DNA from: an uncultured Syntrophaceae bacterium
Lineage (GTDB): Bacteria > Desulfobacterota > Syntrophia > Syntrophales > UBA6807
Length of the DNA stretch: 39,908 bases
Direction of reading: 5' to 3'
Assembly: GCA_964552105.1 (NCBI GenBank)
Contig: CAZKGS010000001.1
Span: 1 to 39,908, forward strand
Made by a program: the position numbers and the translations under genes. Every line of letters begins with the position of its first letter. Position 1 is the first letter of the stretch. Under the pieces are notes generated by a model. It saw only the letters and a list, made by a program, of their open reading frames with translations, was not told the DNA's origin and did not search any database. Below are positions 18,048-28,213 of this stretch, piece after piece.

Positions 18048-19154
18048 ATGAATAAAAAAAAAGAAGGTGTGAAGATCATTATAGCTGGTGGTGGGACGGG
18101 GGGTCATTTATTTCCAGGTGTGGCAATCGCGGAAGAGTTCATGAAGAGAAATGAGAAACACAGCGTCCTTTTCATGGGAACCGAGAGAGGATTGGAGGGA
18201 AGAATCTTGAGGGATATGGGATTTCAACTTCATACAATTGACATCAAGGGAATAAGAGGAAAAGGTCTGCTAAAGTCCCTTGGTGGTTTATTGAAAATTC
18301 CTGTGAGCATGGCTCAATCAGCCTCGATTATTCGCAATTTTTGTCCTGATATTGTTATAGGTGTCGGTGGTTATGCGTCGGGGCCGGCTGTTATGATGGC
18401 ATGCTGTATGGGTAAGAAGACGGTCATAGCCGAGCAAAATGCCGTGCCCGGTCTTACAAATAAGATTCTCGGAAAGTTTGTGGATAAAGTTTTTGTAACT
18501 TTTTCAGAGACGGGGCGCCGGTTTTCAAGGAAAAAAGTTGTCATAACGGGGAATCCTGTAAGAGAAGGATTTATTAAAAAAGAAGAGAAGGAAAGACACC
18601 CGGGGGATAAGTTTACGCTCCTCATATTTGGAGGGAGCCAGGGTGCTTCTGGGATCAACAGGGCCGTTGTTGATTCCCTCCCGTACCTGGAAAAAATGAG
18701 CAATGGATTAAAGATTGTCCATCAGACCGGAAGGGCAGATGCGCATAAGGTTTCAAAGGCTTATACGGATTATCATATGGATGCCGAGGTATTCCCGTTT
18801 ATTAATAATATGGCGTATGCCCACGATTCGGCGGATTTGCTTATCTGCAGATCGGGGGCGACGACAATAGCCGAAATAACTGTGAGCGGAAAGGCGGCGA
18901 TCTTAATACCTTTTCCTTTCGCAGTGGGTGACCATCAGAGATTAAATGCCCGGTTGCTCGTCGATGCGGGAGCGGCAGAAATGATACTTGAAAGAGACCT
19001 GGATGGGAAAAAAGTTGCTCAGATTATTGAGCGACTTTACCATGATCGAGAGAGAATCAAACAAATGGAGGATAAATCACGCATGTTGGGCAACACAAAG
19101 GCTGCTGCTGATATCGTTGATGAATGTTTAAACTTGATAGCAAGGAGAAATTGA
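18048..19154 (+). CDS. murG: Lipid II synthase MurG (undecaprenyl-PP-MurNAc-pentapeptide GlcNAc transferase)
   Basis: IIAGGGTGGHLFPG, GGYASGP, GGSQGA and RSGATTIAE motifs. Confidence 0.95.
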   Translation: MNKKKEGVKIIIAGGGTGGHLFPGVAIAEEFMKRNEKHSVLFMGTERGLEGRILRDMGFQLHTIDIKGIRGKGLLKSLGGLLKIPVSMAQSASIIRNFCPDIVIGVGGYASGPAVMMACCMGKKTVIAEQNAVPGLTNKILGKFVDKVFVTFSETGRRFSRKKVVITGNPVREGFIKKEEKERHPGDKFTLLIFGGSQGASGINRAVVDSLPYLEKMSNGLKIVHQTGRADAHKVSKAYTDYHMDAEVFPFINNMAYAHDSADLLICRSGATTIAEITVSGKAAILIPFPFAVGDHQRLNARLLVDAGAAEMILERDLDGKKVAQIIERLYHDRERIKQMEDKSRMLGNTKAAADIVDECLNLIARRN

Positions 19155-20525
19155 ATGCGCAGAAGGGTAAAACATATTCATTTCGTTGGCATAGGCGGCA
19201 TCGGTATGAGCGGAATAGCGGAAGTGCTGCTGAACCTAGGTTATATAATCAGTGGATCAGATATCAGCAAGTCGGATATTACAAAGAGATTGGTGTCTCT
19301 TGGAGCAAGAATATTTTATGAACACAGTCCATCAAATCTCGGCGAAATTGATGTGGTGGTTACGTCAACGGCAGTTGAAGATGATAACCCCGAAGTAATA
19401 GAAGCGCACAAACGAAATATTCCGGTTATTCCACGAGCGGAAATGCTTGCAGAACTTTTAAAAATGAAACTTTCCGTTGCCGTGTCGGGTACTCATGGAA
19501 AAACAACGACAACATCCATGGTTTCAACGATTCTCGCATACGGAGGGCTTGATCCCACCATGGTTATAGGTGGAAAGCTTGCCAGTATAGGGAGTAATGC
19601 CAGGCTGGGAGATGGCGAAGTGCTGGTGGCCGAAGCTGATGAGAGTGACGGCTCTTTTCTGAAGTTGTGTCCTTATATTGCCGTGATTACCAATATAGAG
19701 CGTGAACATCTCGATTATTTTGCCGGCATTGATGAAATCAGGGAGGCCTTCTTGCAGTTTGCTAATCTTGTTCCTTTTTACGGTACGACCATATTATGCC
19801 TTGATGACGAAAATGTGAAGAAAATTTTACCGAGAGTAAAAAGGAGATTCATAACATACGGGCTGTGCGATGGGGCAGACTACCAGGCAAAGGATATAAC
19901 CTTCAGCGGATCAACGACGCGGTTTTCACTCTATTACAAAAATAGTTTTCTGGGAAAAATTTTACTTAATGTGCCTGGCATCTTTAATGTCTGCAATTCT
20001 ATGGCGGCGATTGCCGTAGCGCGTGAGCTTGATATGGAGTTCTCTGCGATTACCGAGGGTCTTCAAACCTATACCGGTGTACAGCGCAGATTGGAAACTA
20101 AAGGAGAAAAGAGGGGCATTACCGTAGTTGATGATTATGCCCATCATCCTACGGAGATCAGGGCAACCCTTCGAGCGGCCCAACAGGCCTGGGAAGGAAG
20201 AAGAATCGTGGTGGTATTCCAGCCTCATCGCTACACCCGGACCAAGGCACTCTTTGACGAGTTTTTAGATGCCTTTCATGATGCGGATGTTCTCCTTATT
20301 ACTGATATTTATGCGGCCAGTGAAAAAGAGATAGAAGGGGTTCATTCAATAAATCTGTACCGTGGTGTCAGAGATCGAGGACATAAAAATGTTACCTATT
20401 TGTCAAGTTTCGACGAGATTGTTTCCCATTTGTCCACGATTGCACATGCGGGAGATGTGATTATTACAACGGGTGCCGGAAACGTATGGAAGATCGGGGA
20501 AGAATTTCTGAAGCTGCAGTCTTAG
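19155..20525 (+). CDS. murC: UDP-N-acetylmuramate--L-alanine ligase MurC
   Basis: IHFVGIGGIGMSGIAEVL, GTHGKTTTTSM and DDYAHHPTEI motifs. AAGGAGAAA RBS. Starts 1 nt after the murG stop. Confidence 0.95.
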   Translation: MRRRVKHIHFVGIGGIGMSGIAEVLLNLGYIISGSDISKSDITKRLVSLGARIFYEHSPSNLGEIDVVVTSTAVEDDNPEVIEAHKRNIPVIPRAEMLAELLKMKLSVAVSGTHGKTTTTSMVSTILAYGGLDPTMVIGGKLASIGSNARLGDGEVLVAEADESDGSFLKLCPYIAVITNIEREHLDYFAGIDEIREAFLQFANLVPFYGTTILCLDDENVKKILPRVKRRFITYGLCDGADYQAKDITFSGSTTRFSLYYKNSFLGKILLNVPGIFNVCNSMAAIAVARELDMEFSAITEGLQTYTGVQRRLETKGEKRGITVVDDYAHHPTEIRATLRAAQQAWEGRRIVVVFQPHRYTRTKALFDEFLDAFHDADVLLITDIYAASEKEIEGVHSINLYRGVRDRGHKNVTYLSSFDEIVSHLSTIAHAGDVIITTGAGNVWKIGEEFLKLQS

Positions 20526-20531
20526 GAATCT

Positions 20532-21458
20532 ATGATGATCAAGAACAAAGAGTTCAGGGAAAAAATACAGGATATCGTTTCAGGGCAGGTACTTTTTGAT
20601 GAGCCCATGCACCTTTATACTTCTATGGGAGTGGGAGGTAAGGCAGATATTCTCGTTTCTCCCGGCAGTATTGAGGAACTGCAAAAGACAATTCTTTATC
20701 TTGTAAAATGTAATGTCCCCTTTGTTCCTGCCGGAAATTGTACAAATCTCATCGTCAGGGATGGTGGGTACAAAGGAGCCGTTATTTCCTTGAAGAGGCT
20801 TGAAAAAACAGTTTTGAAGAAGGGGGAGGGTGGTTATGTTTATCTTTATGCCGAAACGGGTGTTTCCCTCTCCAGCCTGGTGGAATTGTCAATACGGGAA
20901 TCCCTTTCGGGGATTGAATTTTGTGCCGGCATTCCTGGAAGTGTAGGTGGGGGGATGAAGATGAATGCCGGTGCCTACGGGGAAGAGCTGAAAGACGTTG
21001 TAAAAAAGATCTCCCTCATAAATAGTAAGGGAACGATAAAGGAAACAGGAAGAGATGATCTCAGGTTCGAGTACCGAAACCTGATTTTGTCGGAAGGGAA
21101 TGTTATCGTCAGTGCCGTCTTCGGCCTGCAGGCTGGATCGAAAGAAAAAATTAAGGAAAAAGTTTCAGATATTATTGACAGGAGGAAAAAAAAGCATCCC
21201 CTTGCATATCGCAGTGCCGGTTCTGTCTTTAAAAATCCGGAAAATGTTCCCGCCGGTAAGATCATTGATGAGGTTGGTCTCAAGGGGTTTCAAATTGGGG
21301 ATGCGAAAATATCGGAGATCCATGGAAATTTTATCGTGAACCTGGGTAAGGCGAAGGCTAAAGATATTACCCTCTTGATTGAAATGATCCGTAAGAGAGT
21401 TTTGGAAGAAAAGGGAATAACTCTGGATCCTGAAATAAAGATTATTGGAGAAGAATGA
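20532..21458 (+). CDS. murB: UDP-N-acetylenolpyruvoylglucosamine reductase MurB
   Basis: FAD-binding PCMH-type N-terminus (MGVGGKADI), GIPGSVGGG, and RSAGSVFKNP plus the GNFIVN C-terminal domain. Confidence 0.9.
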   Translation: MMIKNKEFREKIQDIVSGQVLFDEPMHLYTSMGVGGKADILVSPGSIEELQKTILYLVKCNVPFVPAGNCTNLIVRDGGYKGAVISLKRLEKTVLKKGEGGYVYLYAETGVSLSSLVELSIRESLSGIEFCAGIPGSVGGGMKMNAGAYGEELKDVVKKISLINSKGTIKETGRDDLRFEYRNLILSEGNVIVSAVFGLQAGSKEKIKEKVSDIIDRRKKKHPLAYRSAGSVFKNPENVPAGKIIDEVGLKGFQIGDAKISEIHGNFIVNLGKAKAKDITLLIEMIRKRVLEEKGITLDPEIKIIGEE

Positions 21459-22294
21459 TGGGACGATCTTTCAAGTCGATTGTTGAGACAAAAAAAAACA
21501 GACTCAGGAGACGTTCAGGTAAGATTTTTGGGGAAATAGTGAAGGCTGTTACGCTGACTGTAGCCATCGGCAGCCTGGCCTTCATTATGGTTTACATATA
21601 CAATTTTGTCATAACAACATCCTATTTTCAATTAACGGATATCTCCGTCAAGGGGACCGGGATAATTGCCCGTAAAGAGGTTTTGAGCCTGGCGGGTGTT
21701 GGCTCCCATAACAATATCTTAACACTGAACCTGAAAGAGATTTCGCGAAAAGTTGAAACAAACCCCTGGGTAAAAAGTGTATCAATAGGAAGAGAACTTC
21801 CCGACAGATTGGTTATAGAGGTTACAGAAAGATGCCCTGAGGCTCTCGTGCTCGTGGATGGGAATTTCTATATTATGGACCGGGATGGATACATATTTAA
21901 AAGATATGAAAAGGGTGACGGTTTTCATCTGCCCGTACTGAACGGTTTTTGCAAAAATGGAACTATTAACAGGGGTCTCATAAAAAAAGTCGTGATTCTT
22001 CTGAGTTTTATTTCGTCCAACAGGGATTTCCCCGGGATGGAACATATCTCTGAAATATATGGAGATGACACTTACGGCTTTTCGCTTTTCACAAGGAGAG
22101 GGTTGTGCCTTCACCTCGGTTTTGGGAATTATGGGGGTAAACTGGAGAGACTCAGGCCGGTCCTGACAGATCTAACCCGGAAAAACCTGAATAACGTCTA
22201 TTTGAGCATTGATCTTTCCGATTCTAATAGGGTTGTTGTTAAGCGAAACAATATTTTTAATCAGAAACGTTCGCCAGCGGGCTACAGCGCATAA
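21455..22294 (+). CDS. ftsQ: Cell division protein FtsQ (POTRA domain)
   Basis: N-terminal TM segment, then a POTRA-like ISVKGTGIIARKEVLSLAGV...NPWVKSVSIGRELPDRLVIEVTER. Position between murB and ftsA, with ATGA overlap with murB. Confidence 0.8.
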   Translation: MMGRSFKSIVETKKNRLRRRSGKIFGEIVKAVTLTVAIGSLAFIMVYIYNFVITTSYFQLTDISVKGTGIIARKEVLSLAGVGSHNNILTLNLKEISRKVETNPWVKSVSIGRELPDRLVIEVTERCPEALVLVDGNFYIMDRDGYIFKRYEKGDGFHLPVLNGFCKNGTINRGLIKKVVILLSFISSNRDFPGMEHISEIYGDDTYGFSLFTRRGLCLHLGFGNYGGKLERLRPVLTDLTRKNLNNVYLSIDLSDSNRVVVKRNNIFNQKRSPAGYSA

Positions 22295-22355
22295 AGAAGG
22301 ATATGGATGGATAATTCAGGTGTTTGATTATTAATCGAGGAAAGGCGGAAGATAT

Positions 22356-23582
22356 ATGGCAAAGCGTGGCAACATGATTGTAGGATTGGATATAGGAACT
22401 ACCAAGACCTGTGCCATTATCGGTGAGGCCACTGATTCAGGAGTCGATATCATCGGAATAGGCTCTCATCCTTCGCGGGGATTGAGAAAGGGAGTTGTAG
22501 TTAATATCGATAGTACCGTCGATTCCATAAAAAGAGCCATAGAAGAGGCTGAACTGATGTCCGGATCTGAAATAGGATCTGTTTATGCGGGTATCGCGGG
22601 GAGCCACATAGAGGGATTGAATAGTCACGGTATTGTGGCGGTCAAGGGTCGTGAAGTTGATGGAGACGATGTTCGAAGGGCAATTGAAGCAGCCAGGGCT
22701 ATTGCTATTCCCCTCGATAGAGAAATTTTCCACACATTGCCCCAGCATTTCATTGTTGATGATCAGGATGGGGCAAAGAACCCCATAGGGATGTCGGGAG
22801 TTCGACTTGAGGCAAAGGTTCATATTGTTACCGGTGTTATAACATCGATTCAGAACATTGTTAAATCAGTTAACCGTGTAGGATTAGATGTGAGCGATAT
22901 TGTTCTCGAGCAGTTAGCATCAAGTGAAGCGGTTCTCAGTCAGGATGAAAAGGAACTGGGAGTGGCCATAATAGATATTGGAGGTGGGACTACAGATGTC
23001 GCGGTATTTGTGGAAGGAAGCATCAAACATACTGCTGTCTTGTCGGTTGCAGGTGATTATCTTACCAATGACATAGCTGTTGGTTTGCGGACTCCCATGA
23101 ATGAGGCTGAAAAAATAAAGATAAAGTACGGATGTGCCTATACCCCTTTAATCTCGTCGGACGATAGTATAGAGGTTCCCAGTGTGGGTGGGAGGACTCC
23201 AAGGAAGGTCTCACGGCAGATTCTCGGAGAGATTATTGAACCCCGGGTGGAAGAAATTTTCCGTTTGGCCCACAGGGAGATTATTAAATCGGGTTACGAA
23301 GATCTTCTGGCCGCAGGTATTGTTTTGACAGGGGGAACGGTAATCATGGAGGGTATAACAGAATTAGGTGAACATGTATTTAATATGCCCATACGTCGTG
23401 GATATCCAATAGGCATAGGAGGACTTACCGATGTTGTTAACAGTCCTTTGTATGCTACCGGTGTGGGACTGGTTGTTTATGGAAGCAAGAACAGGTCTGA
23501 ACGTGTGTTCAAAAAAAGTGAAGGTAATATATTCGGCAAAGTTGCCCGCAGGGTGAAAAAATGGTTTGTTGATTTTTTTTAG
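22356..23582 (+). CDS. ftsA: Cell division protein FtsA
   Basis: Actin-fold motifs [24 protein letters not shown] and VLTGGT. C-terminal amphipathic [14 protein letters not shown] membrane-targeting helix. Confidence 0.95.
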   Translation: MAKRGNMIVGLDIGTTKTCAIIGEATDSGVDIIGIGSHPSRGLRKGVVVNIDSTVDSIKRAIEEAELMSGSEIGSVYAGIAGSHIEGLNSHGIVAVKGREVDGDDVRRAIEAARAIAIPLDREIFHTLPQHFIVDDQDGAKNPIGMSGVRLEAKVHIVTGVITSIQNIVKSVNRVGLDVSDIVLEQLASSEAVLSQDEKELGVAIIDIGGGTTDVAVFVEGSIKHTAVLSVAGDYLTNDIAVGLRTPMNEAEKIKIKYGCAYTPLISSDDSIEVPSVGGRTPRKVSRQILGEIIEPRVEEIFRLAHREIIKSGYEDLLAAGIVLTGGTVIMEGITELGEHVFNMPIRRGYPIGIGGLTDVVNSPLYATGVGLVVYGSKNRSERVFKKSEGNIFGKVARRVKKWFVDFF

Positions 23583-23598
23583 AAGGGAGGGAGTGTGT

Positions 23599-24750
23599 AT
23601 GTTCGAATTAGTAAAAGGAGGTAGTGAGAATTCGGCGAAGATTAAAGTTGTCGGTATTGGAGGTGGTGGAGGCAACGCCGTAAACGCGATGATATCTTAT
23701 GATCTGAGCGGTGTTGATTTCATAGCAGCAAATACTGATTCTCAGTCTCTGGCAGTATCACGGTCACCCATTAAAATTCAGGTTGGCAGTGAGATCACAA
23801 AAGGTCTTGGAGCGGGGTCAGATCCTGATGTGGGGAAGAAGGCAGCCCTTGAATCCAAAGATGTACTGAGGGATAATCTGAGCGGAGCTGATATGGTTTT
23901 CGTTACGGCAGGCCTTGGTGGTGGTACGGGAACAGGAGGAGCACCCGTTGTGGCCGGGATTGCTAAAGAACTCGGGGCGCTTACCGTCGCTGTTGTAACA
24001 AAACCTTTTCAGTTTGAAGGAAAGAAAAGGGAAAAACAGGCGGAAGAGGGAATAGCCGAGTTGAAAGAAACGGTTGACACGCTTATTGTCATACCAAACC
24101 AGAGACTTCTGAGTGTCGGTGGTCGAAATATGTCGCTTCTGGATGCCTTCAAAAAGGCAGATGATATCCTTTATCACGCTGTGAAGGGGATATCTGATCT
24201 CATAATGGTTCCCGGTTTAATCAATCTTGATTTTGCCGACGTGAAAAACGTCATGTCGGAAATGGGATTGGCTCTCATGGGGACGGGAATTGCAAGCGGA
24301 GAAAACAGAGCTGTAGAAGCGGCCCAGAAGGCCATATCTTCTCCTTTGCTGGAAGATAACACCATTCAGGGCGCCCGCGGTGTGCTGCTCAACATTACCG
24401 GTGGATCAGAAATGACACTATTTGAGGTAAATGAAGCATCAACCCTTGTGCAGACGGAAGCACATGATGATGCCAATATCATCTTCGGGACGGTTATTGA
24501 TGACAATATGGGAGATGAAATGCGTATCACGGTGATTGCCACCGGATTCGATTCAAAAGGAAGGAACAAACAGGATATTCCATCTGTTTCAGGTTTTGTT
24601 AGCTATAAAAGAGAGGATCTCTCAACGCCTGCTTTTATCAGGAAGGAGAAGAGTGCGGATAAGCCTGTTGTTGTAAAGATGGGAATGATCGATGATGTTG
24701 ATAATACCGACTTTGAAGTTCCAGCATTTTTAAGAAGACAGGCAGATTAG
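23599..24750 (+). CDS. ftsZ: Cell division GTPase FtsZ
   Basis: [34 protein letters not shown] and the C-terminal [12 protein letters not shown] peptide. The start is set at ATG 23599 (GGGAGGGAG RBS); the track ORF begins at 23566. Confidence 0.95.
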   Translation: MFELVKGGSENSAKIKVVGIGGGGGNAVNAMISYDLSGVDFIAANTDSQSLAVSRSPIKIQVGSEITKGLGAGSDPDVGKKAALESKDVLRDNLSGADMVFVTAGLGGGTGTGGAPVVAGIAKELGALTVAVVTKPFQFEGKKREKQAEEGIAELKETVDTLIVIPNQRLLSVGGRNMSLLDAFKKADDILYHAVKGISDLIMVPGLINLDFADVKNVMSEMGLALMGTGIASGENRAVEAAQKAISSPLLEDNTIQGARGVLLNITGGSEMTLFEVNEASTLVQTEAHDDANIIFGTVIDDNMGDEMRITVIATGFDSKGRNKQDIPSVSGFVSYKREDLSTPAFIRKEKSADKPVVVKMGMIDDVDNTDFEVPAFLRRQAD

Positions 24751-24809
24751 CGACGGCACATTCGCAGTCACTATATCGTTCTTTAAAATACCCTCCCTTC
24801 ATTGGTTTA

Positions 24810-24829
24810 CCCCGCCTTTTGAGGCGGGG
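24810..24829. terminator. GC-rich hairpin between convergent ftsZ and the GGDEF gene (possible bidirectional terminator)
   Basis: CCCCGCC (24810-24816), TTTTGA, GGCGGGG (24823-24829). No clear U-tract on either strand. Confidence 0.4.
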
Positions 24830-24861
24830 AGATTCATTCGGTGACAGGAGATGATCTGAAC

Positions 24862-25902
24862 TTATTTAGACCTGCCGAGGCTTTTTTGCTTCCTGGTTAC
24901 ATAGCGCCGATCATCGGCTTTTCTCAGAAGATCGCCAGGACTCTTGATTTCAGGATCTTCTGTTGATGCTATTCCGCAGCCGATAGAAATGGGAATAGTG
25001 GTGTCATTGAACTTCATCGGATATTCCTGAAAAAAGATACGAAGCCGTTTTAAAACTTTCAGTGCTTCGCCTGAATTCTGATTGGGTAAAATAATGACAA
25101 ACTCATTTCCACCAAATCTTGCAACCACATCTTCTTTTCGGATCATTTTCGTTATTTGACGTGCCATATACCGGAGCAGGTCGTCACCACGCTTATGACC
25201 GTAAGAATCGTTCACTGTTTTTAAATCATCACAGTTAATGAGCAACAAAGCCAGGGGCGTGTCGTAGCGCTTAGCCCGGCTGAATTCTCTTTCCAGCATA
25301 AACTCCATTTCTCTTCGGTTAAGAAGACCTGTAAGAGTGTCCCTTGTGGCAAATTGCTTAAGTTTTTCCCGCGAGGTAATGTTGGAAAGGCAGACGGAAA
25401 TCTTTACAGCTAACTGGGAGAGGAAAAAGATATCCATACTGGGTTGAAAGCGGGATGCAGAATAATCACCCAGGTTCAGACTGCCTATTACATTGCCGTC
25501 AAGTATAAGAGGGGCAACAGCCAAAGACTTGACAAAAAATTTCTTCCTTATCGGGAGGAGTTTATAATACGGTTTCAGGCCTTCATTGACCAGGACAGGA
25601 GTTTTTTCATCTCTGATGAGTTGTAAGAATGTGCTTTTTCCAACAAGGGTTAAGCGGTTTTTGAGCAGGTCTGATGATTCTAATGCTTCAATAATACGAG
25701 CGACCTCACAGCCATTAATGATAGAAATCCATACGTGAGGGATCCCAAATTTTTTCTCAATTAATAAAAGCAATTTTTCGAAAAAGTCTTTGAAGTTACA
25801 AACAGAAAGAATACTCGCTTCAATTTCAAAGAATTTATTTGCGATTTCTTCATTAACCTTGGCATTTTCCAATGGATAATCCGGAGTCAAATCTTGAGCC
25901 AT
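24862..25902 (-). CDS. GAF/DUF484-like sensor fused to a GGDEF domain with a GGNEF active site
   Basis: The C-terminal half has RDTLTGLLNRR, DDLKTVNDSYGHKRGDDLL and RKEDVVARFGGNEFVI. AAT (Asn) at the third GGDEF position was verified in the DNA (25099-25113, reverse complement GGTGGAAATGAGTTT). Confidence 0.85.
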   Translation of the reverse strand: MAQDLTPDYPLENAKVNEEIANKFFEIEASILSVCNFKDFFEKLLLLIEKKFGIPHVWISIINGCEVARIIEALESSDLLKNRLTLVGKSTFLQLIRDEKTPVLVNEGLKPYYKLLPIRKKFFVKSLAVAPLILDGNVIGSLNLGDYSASRFQPSMDIFFLSQLAVKISVCLSNITSREKLKQFATRDTLTGLLNRREMEFMLEREFSRAKRYDTPLALLLINCDDLKTVNDSYGHKRGDDLLRYMARQITKMIRKEDVVARFGGNEFVIILPNQNSGEALKVLKRLRIFFQEYPMKFNDTTIPISIGCGIASTEDPEIKSPGDLLRKADDRRYVTRKQKSLGRSK

Positions 25903-25932
25903 AAATTATTTCCCTTTCGGGGGATTCCCCTG

Positions 25933-26574
25933 CTAAGCTTGTTTCTTCTTTACTCCTCTGATCACGACAAAAGAACCTTCCCCGTATCCCTCCTTTACCG
26001 GTTCAATATTATTTATTTCATTCAGATGACTGAAAATAGTTTGCGAGAAAGTGAAATCCTTGAATCCCGCTTTCTTCAGAAAAGATATAACTTCATCGAC
26101 AGAAAAAAAGGTAGCATCTTTGTAGAATACATTTTCATCTTTGTGTTTTTCATACATCATCCCGACGGGACTTTTTCGGTCAACAAAACCGATGATAAAG
26201 GTACCATCGGTTTTCAACACTCTGAAAGCCTCTTTAAAAGATTCTTCTATATCGTCGAGGAAACAGATCGTTGTAACCATGAGCGCAAAATCAAACTGTG
26301 CATCATCAAAGGGGAGCTCTTCTGCTATTCCATCAAGGACTTCGATACCTTTTTGCCGTGCGATATTTCCCATTTCCTGGGATGGCTCAACCCCGAGTTT
26401 AATGCCCAGCGGTGCAGCGAATCTTCCCGTTCCCACACCGATCTCAATGCCTGTCCCATTTTTGGGCAGTAGCGTTTTTACCGCTCGAAGCTCCGATTCA
26501 TAGGCGAATCGATTTTTCTCGAACCATTTTTCATACTGGTCTGTATGTTTTTCAAAGGGTTTTACTCTTGGCAT
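25933..26574 (-). CDS. Class I SAM-dependent methyltransferase (Methyltransf_11-like)
   Basis: The IEIGVGTGRFA glycine-rich SAM loop, the acidic residue of GVEPSQEM, and LKTDGTFIIG (post-II motif). GGGAGAAG RBS. Confidence 0.8.
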   Translation of the reverse strand: MPRVKPFEKHTDQYEKWFEKNRFAYESELRAVKTLLPKNGTGIEIGVGTGRFAAPLGIKLGVEPSQEMGNIARQKGIEVLDGIAEELPFDDAQFDFALMVTTICFLDDIEESFKEAFRVLKTDGTFIIGFVDRKSPVGMMYEKHKDENVFYKDATFFSVDEVISFLKKAGFKDFTFSQTIFSHLNEINNIEPVKEGYGEGSFVVIRGVKKKQA

Positions 26575-26612
26575 CTGACTTCTCCCGCTCCGCAGAATGA
26601 TTCTCGATTAAA

Positions 26613-27254
26613 TTATATATCAATCACCCGGCCGGCTCCGCCTTCGACATAAATGTCAGGATAATGTGATCTTATTTCTGGTATATGCTGTGTACAATGC
26701 GTAGCACAGATCATGCCTAAATCCCTGACAACATCAAATTCATTAAAACCGTGCAATCCTCCTATGAGTGCATGAACTTTTCCATATTTGGAAGCAACTT
26801 CTAAAATGTCTTTAACTCCCGGGTGTGAACATCCTACGATAACAATTAATCCCTTTGCTGTATCGACGATGAGTGATTGCTCAATACCCTTAATCTCTCC
26901 AGTAGAGAAAATATGTTCAGCGATTGTAACTGGTTCTTTTACACTGATGACCTCTTTTGCTGCATTGGAGGGTATGCTGAACGATGCCGGAACATACAGT
27001 CTTACTTCTTCATTTTTCATCAGAAAACTTGCAAGACCGCCCGTATGATCCCAGTGGGAATGCGAAATAACAACGTCATCAATAGATTTGGGGTCAATGT
27101 TCAGCTTATTCATATTGCCAAGGAGTATAGAACCGTTTGCACCGGTATCAAAGAGTATTCTCTTGCCATATACTTCGGCAAGGCAGGCAAAACCCCAGTC
27201 AGCTATAAGATCTTTTTCCCAGACCTCGTTGTCATAAATAATGGTAATTTTCAT
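26613..27254 (-). CDS. MBL-fold metallo-hydrolase (COG1237-like)
   Basis: The ISHSHWDHTGG (HxHxDH) motif and a later GCSHPG. The likely start is ATG 27254 (MKITIIYDN, AGGAAG RBS); the track ORF begins at 27272. Confidence 0.75.
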   Translation of the reverse strand: MKITIIYDNEVWEKDLIADWGFACLAEVYGKRILFDTGANGSILLGNMNKLNIDPKSIDDVVISHSHWDHTGGLASFLMKNEEVRLYVPASFSIPSNAAKEVISVKEPVTIAEHIFSTGEIKGIEQSLIVDTAKGLIVIVGCSHPGVKDILEVASKYGKVHALIGGLHGFNEFDVVRDLGMICATHCTQHIPEIRSHYPDIYVEGGAGRVIDI

Positions 27255-27337
27255 TTCGTTCTTCCTCATCATGATTTAAACTTTAGCATTGCAGGAGAAA
27301 AACGGAACAGTTGTTCTGTATTTCAGGAAGAAGTATC

Positions 27338-28024
27338 TTAATCGGTCTTTTCCTCTGCCGGTTCCTGCTCGTTTGCGACTGGTTCAGTAACCTTTTCCTG
27401 GGCTTTTCCTTCGTCAGATTTTACATCCTTACCTTTTTCTTCCTGTTCTTCAGTCGCTGGTGTTGCAATAGCCTCCGGGACTTCACCTTCAGCAGACTTC
27501 ATTGCCTCGATTTTTGCTTCCTGCTCTTTTATCTGTTCGGTCAGGTCTTTAATCTGCCGTTCTGTAATTGAAACCCCGGCTTCTATATTGATCCTTTCAC
27601 CTTCAATCTTATGTTTTTTGGTCTTGAGACTGGCTATGTCCTTGATGTTATCTTCCTTCTTGCCAAGACCCGATCTGTCAATTGCTTTCAGCTTCACAAT
27701 GTCCAGGGAAAAAGAAGCTGCCTTTAAATCCTTTTCGGCCAGATCCTGCTTATAATCTGCGTATTTTTTCTGATTTGAGGCCAGATCATATTTGAGTTCG
27801 GCAAGCTTCAATTTTTCTTCGTTAACTTTCAAGTCATACCCAGCCTTCTGAATTCCTTCCTTTTGGTCTTCGGGGACCTGTGCGAACAGATCCTGGTCGA
27901 CATCAGATGTGATTGAACTTACCTTTGAGGTTATGGAACTCGTTATGCTTTCGGTAGTTGCACATCCGAATAATAGAGAAAACGCAAATAGTAGTGTCAG
28001 GTTGATGTATAAAAAACGTTTCAT
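27338..28024 (-). CDS. Coiled-coil lipoprotein with an acidic C-terminal tail
   Basis: ATG at 28024 is preceded by GGAGGGGG. Signal plus lipobox (FAFSLLFGC). The long heptad-like K/E-rich middle (LKLAELKYDLASNQKKYADYKQDLAEKDLK) and E/Q-rich tail give no recognisable family. Confidence 0.6.
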   Translation of the reverse strand: MKRFLYINLTLLFAFSLLFGCATTESITSSITSKVSSITSDVDQDLFAQVPEDQKEGIQKAGYDLKVNEEKLKLAELKYDLASNQKKYADYKQDLAEKDLKAASFSLDIVKLKAIDRSGLGKKEDNIKDIASLKTKKHKIEGERINIEAGVSITERQIKDLTEQIKEQEAKIEAMKSAEGEVPEAIATPATEEQEEKGKDVKSDEGKAQEKVTEPVANEQEPAEEKTD

Positions 28025-28213
28025 GATTTCCCCCTCCTTTGGAAGCAGTAAATTTAGGTGACAGGCATCCAGGAATTTTAGATATTCCGGATTGTTGTAA
28101 AACGCCCTCAAATTATCATGAAAAGAGACTCTGGTAAAGATTTTAATATGAATTTTTCTGAGGCTAGAGGATACGAAAACTTGTTTAGTCTTTAAAATAT
28201 GCGAGCCGGTTTT

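Noticed and set aside
20532-22294. Absence of ddl between murB and ftsQ
   Set aside because: The location of ddl varies widely among bacteria, and its absence from the cluster is common. It is not evidence of anything unusual without the whole genome.
25894-26472. 192-aa plus-strand ORF (and 26141-26503) opposite the methyltransferase gene
   Set aside because: It is antisense to an ORF with clear SAM-methyltransferase motifs. It has low-complexity, Phe/Ile-rich composition, no RBS and no recognisable motif.
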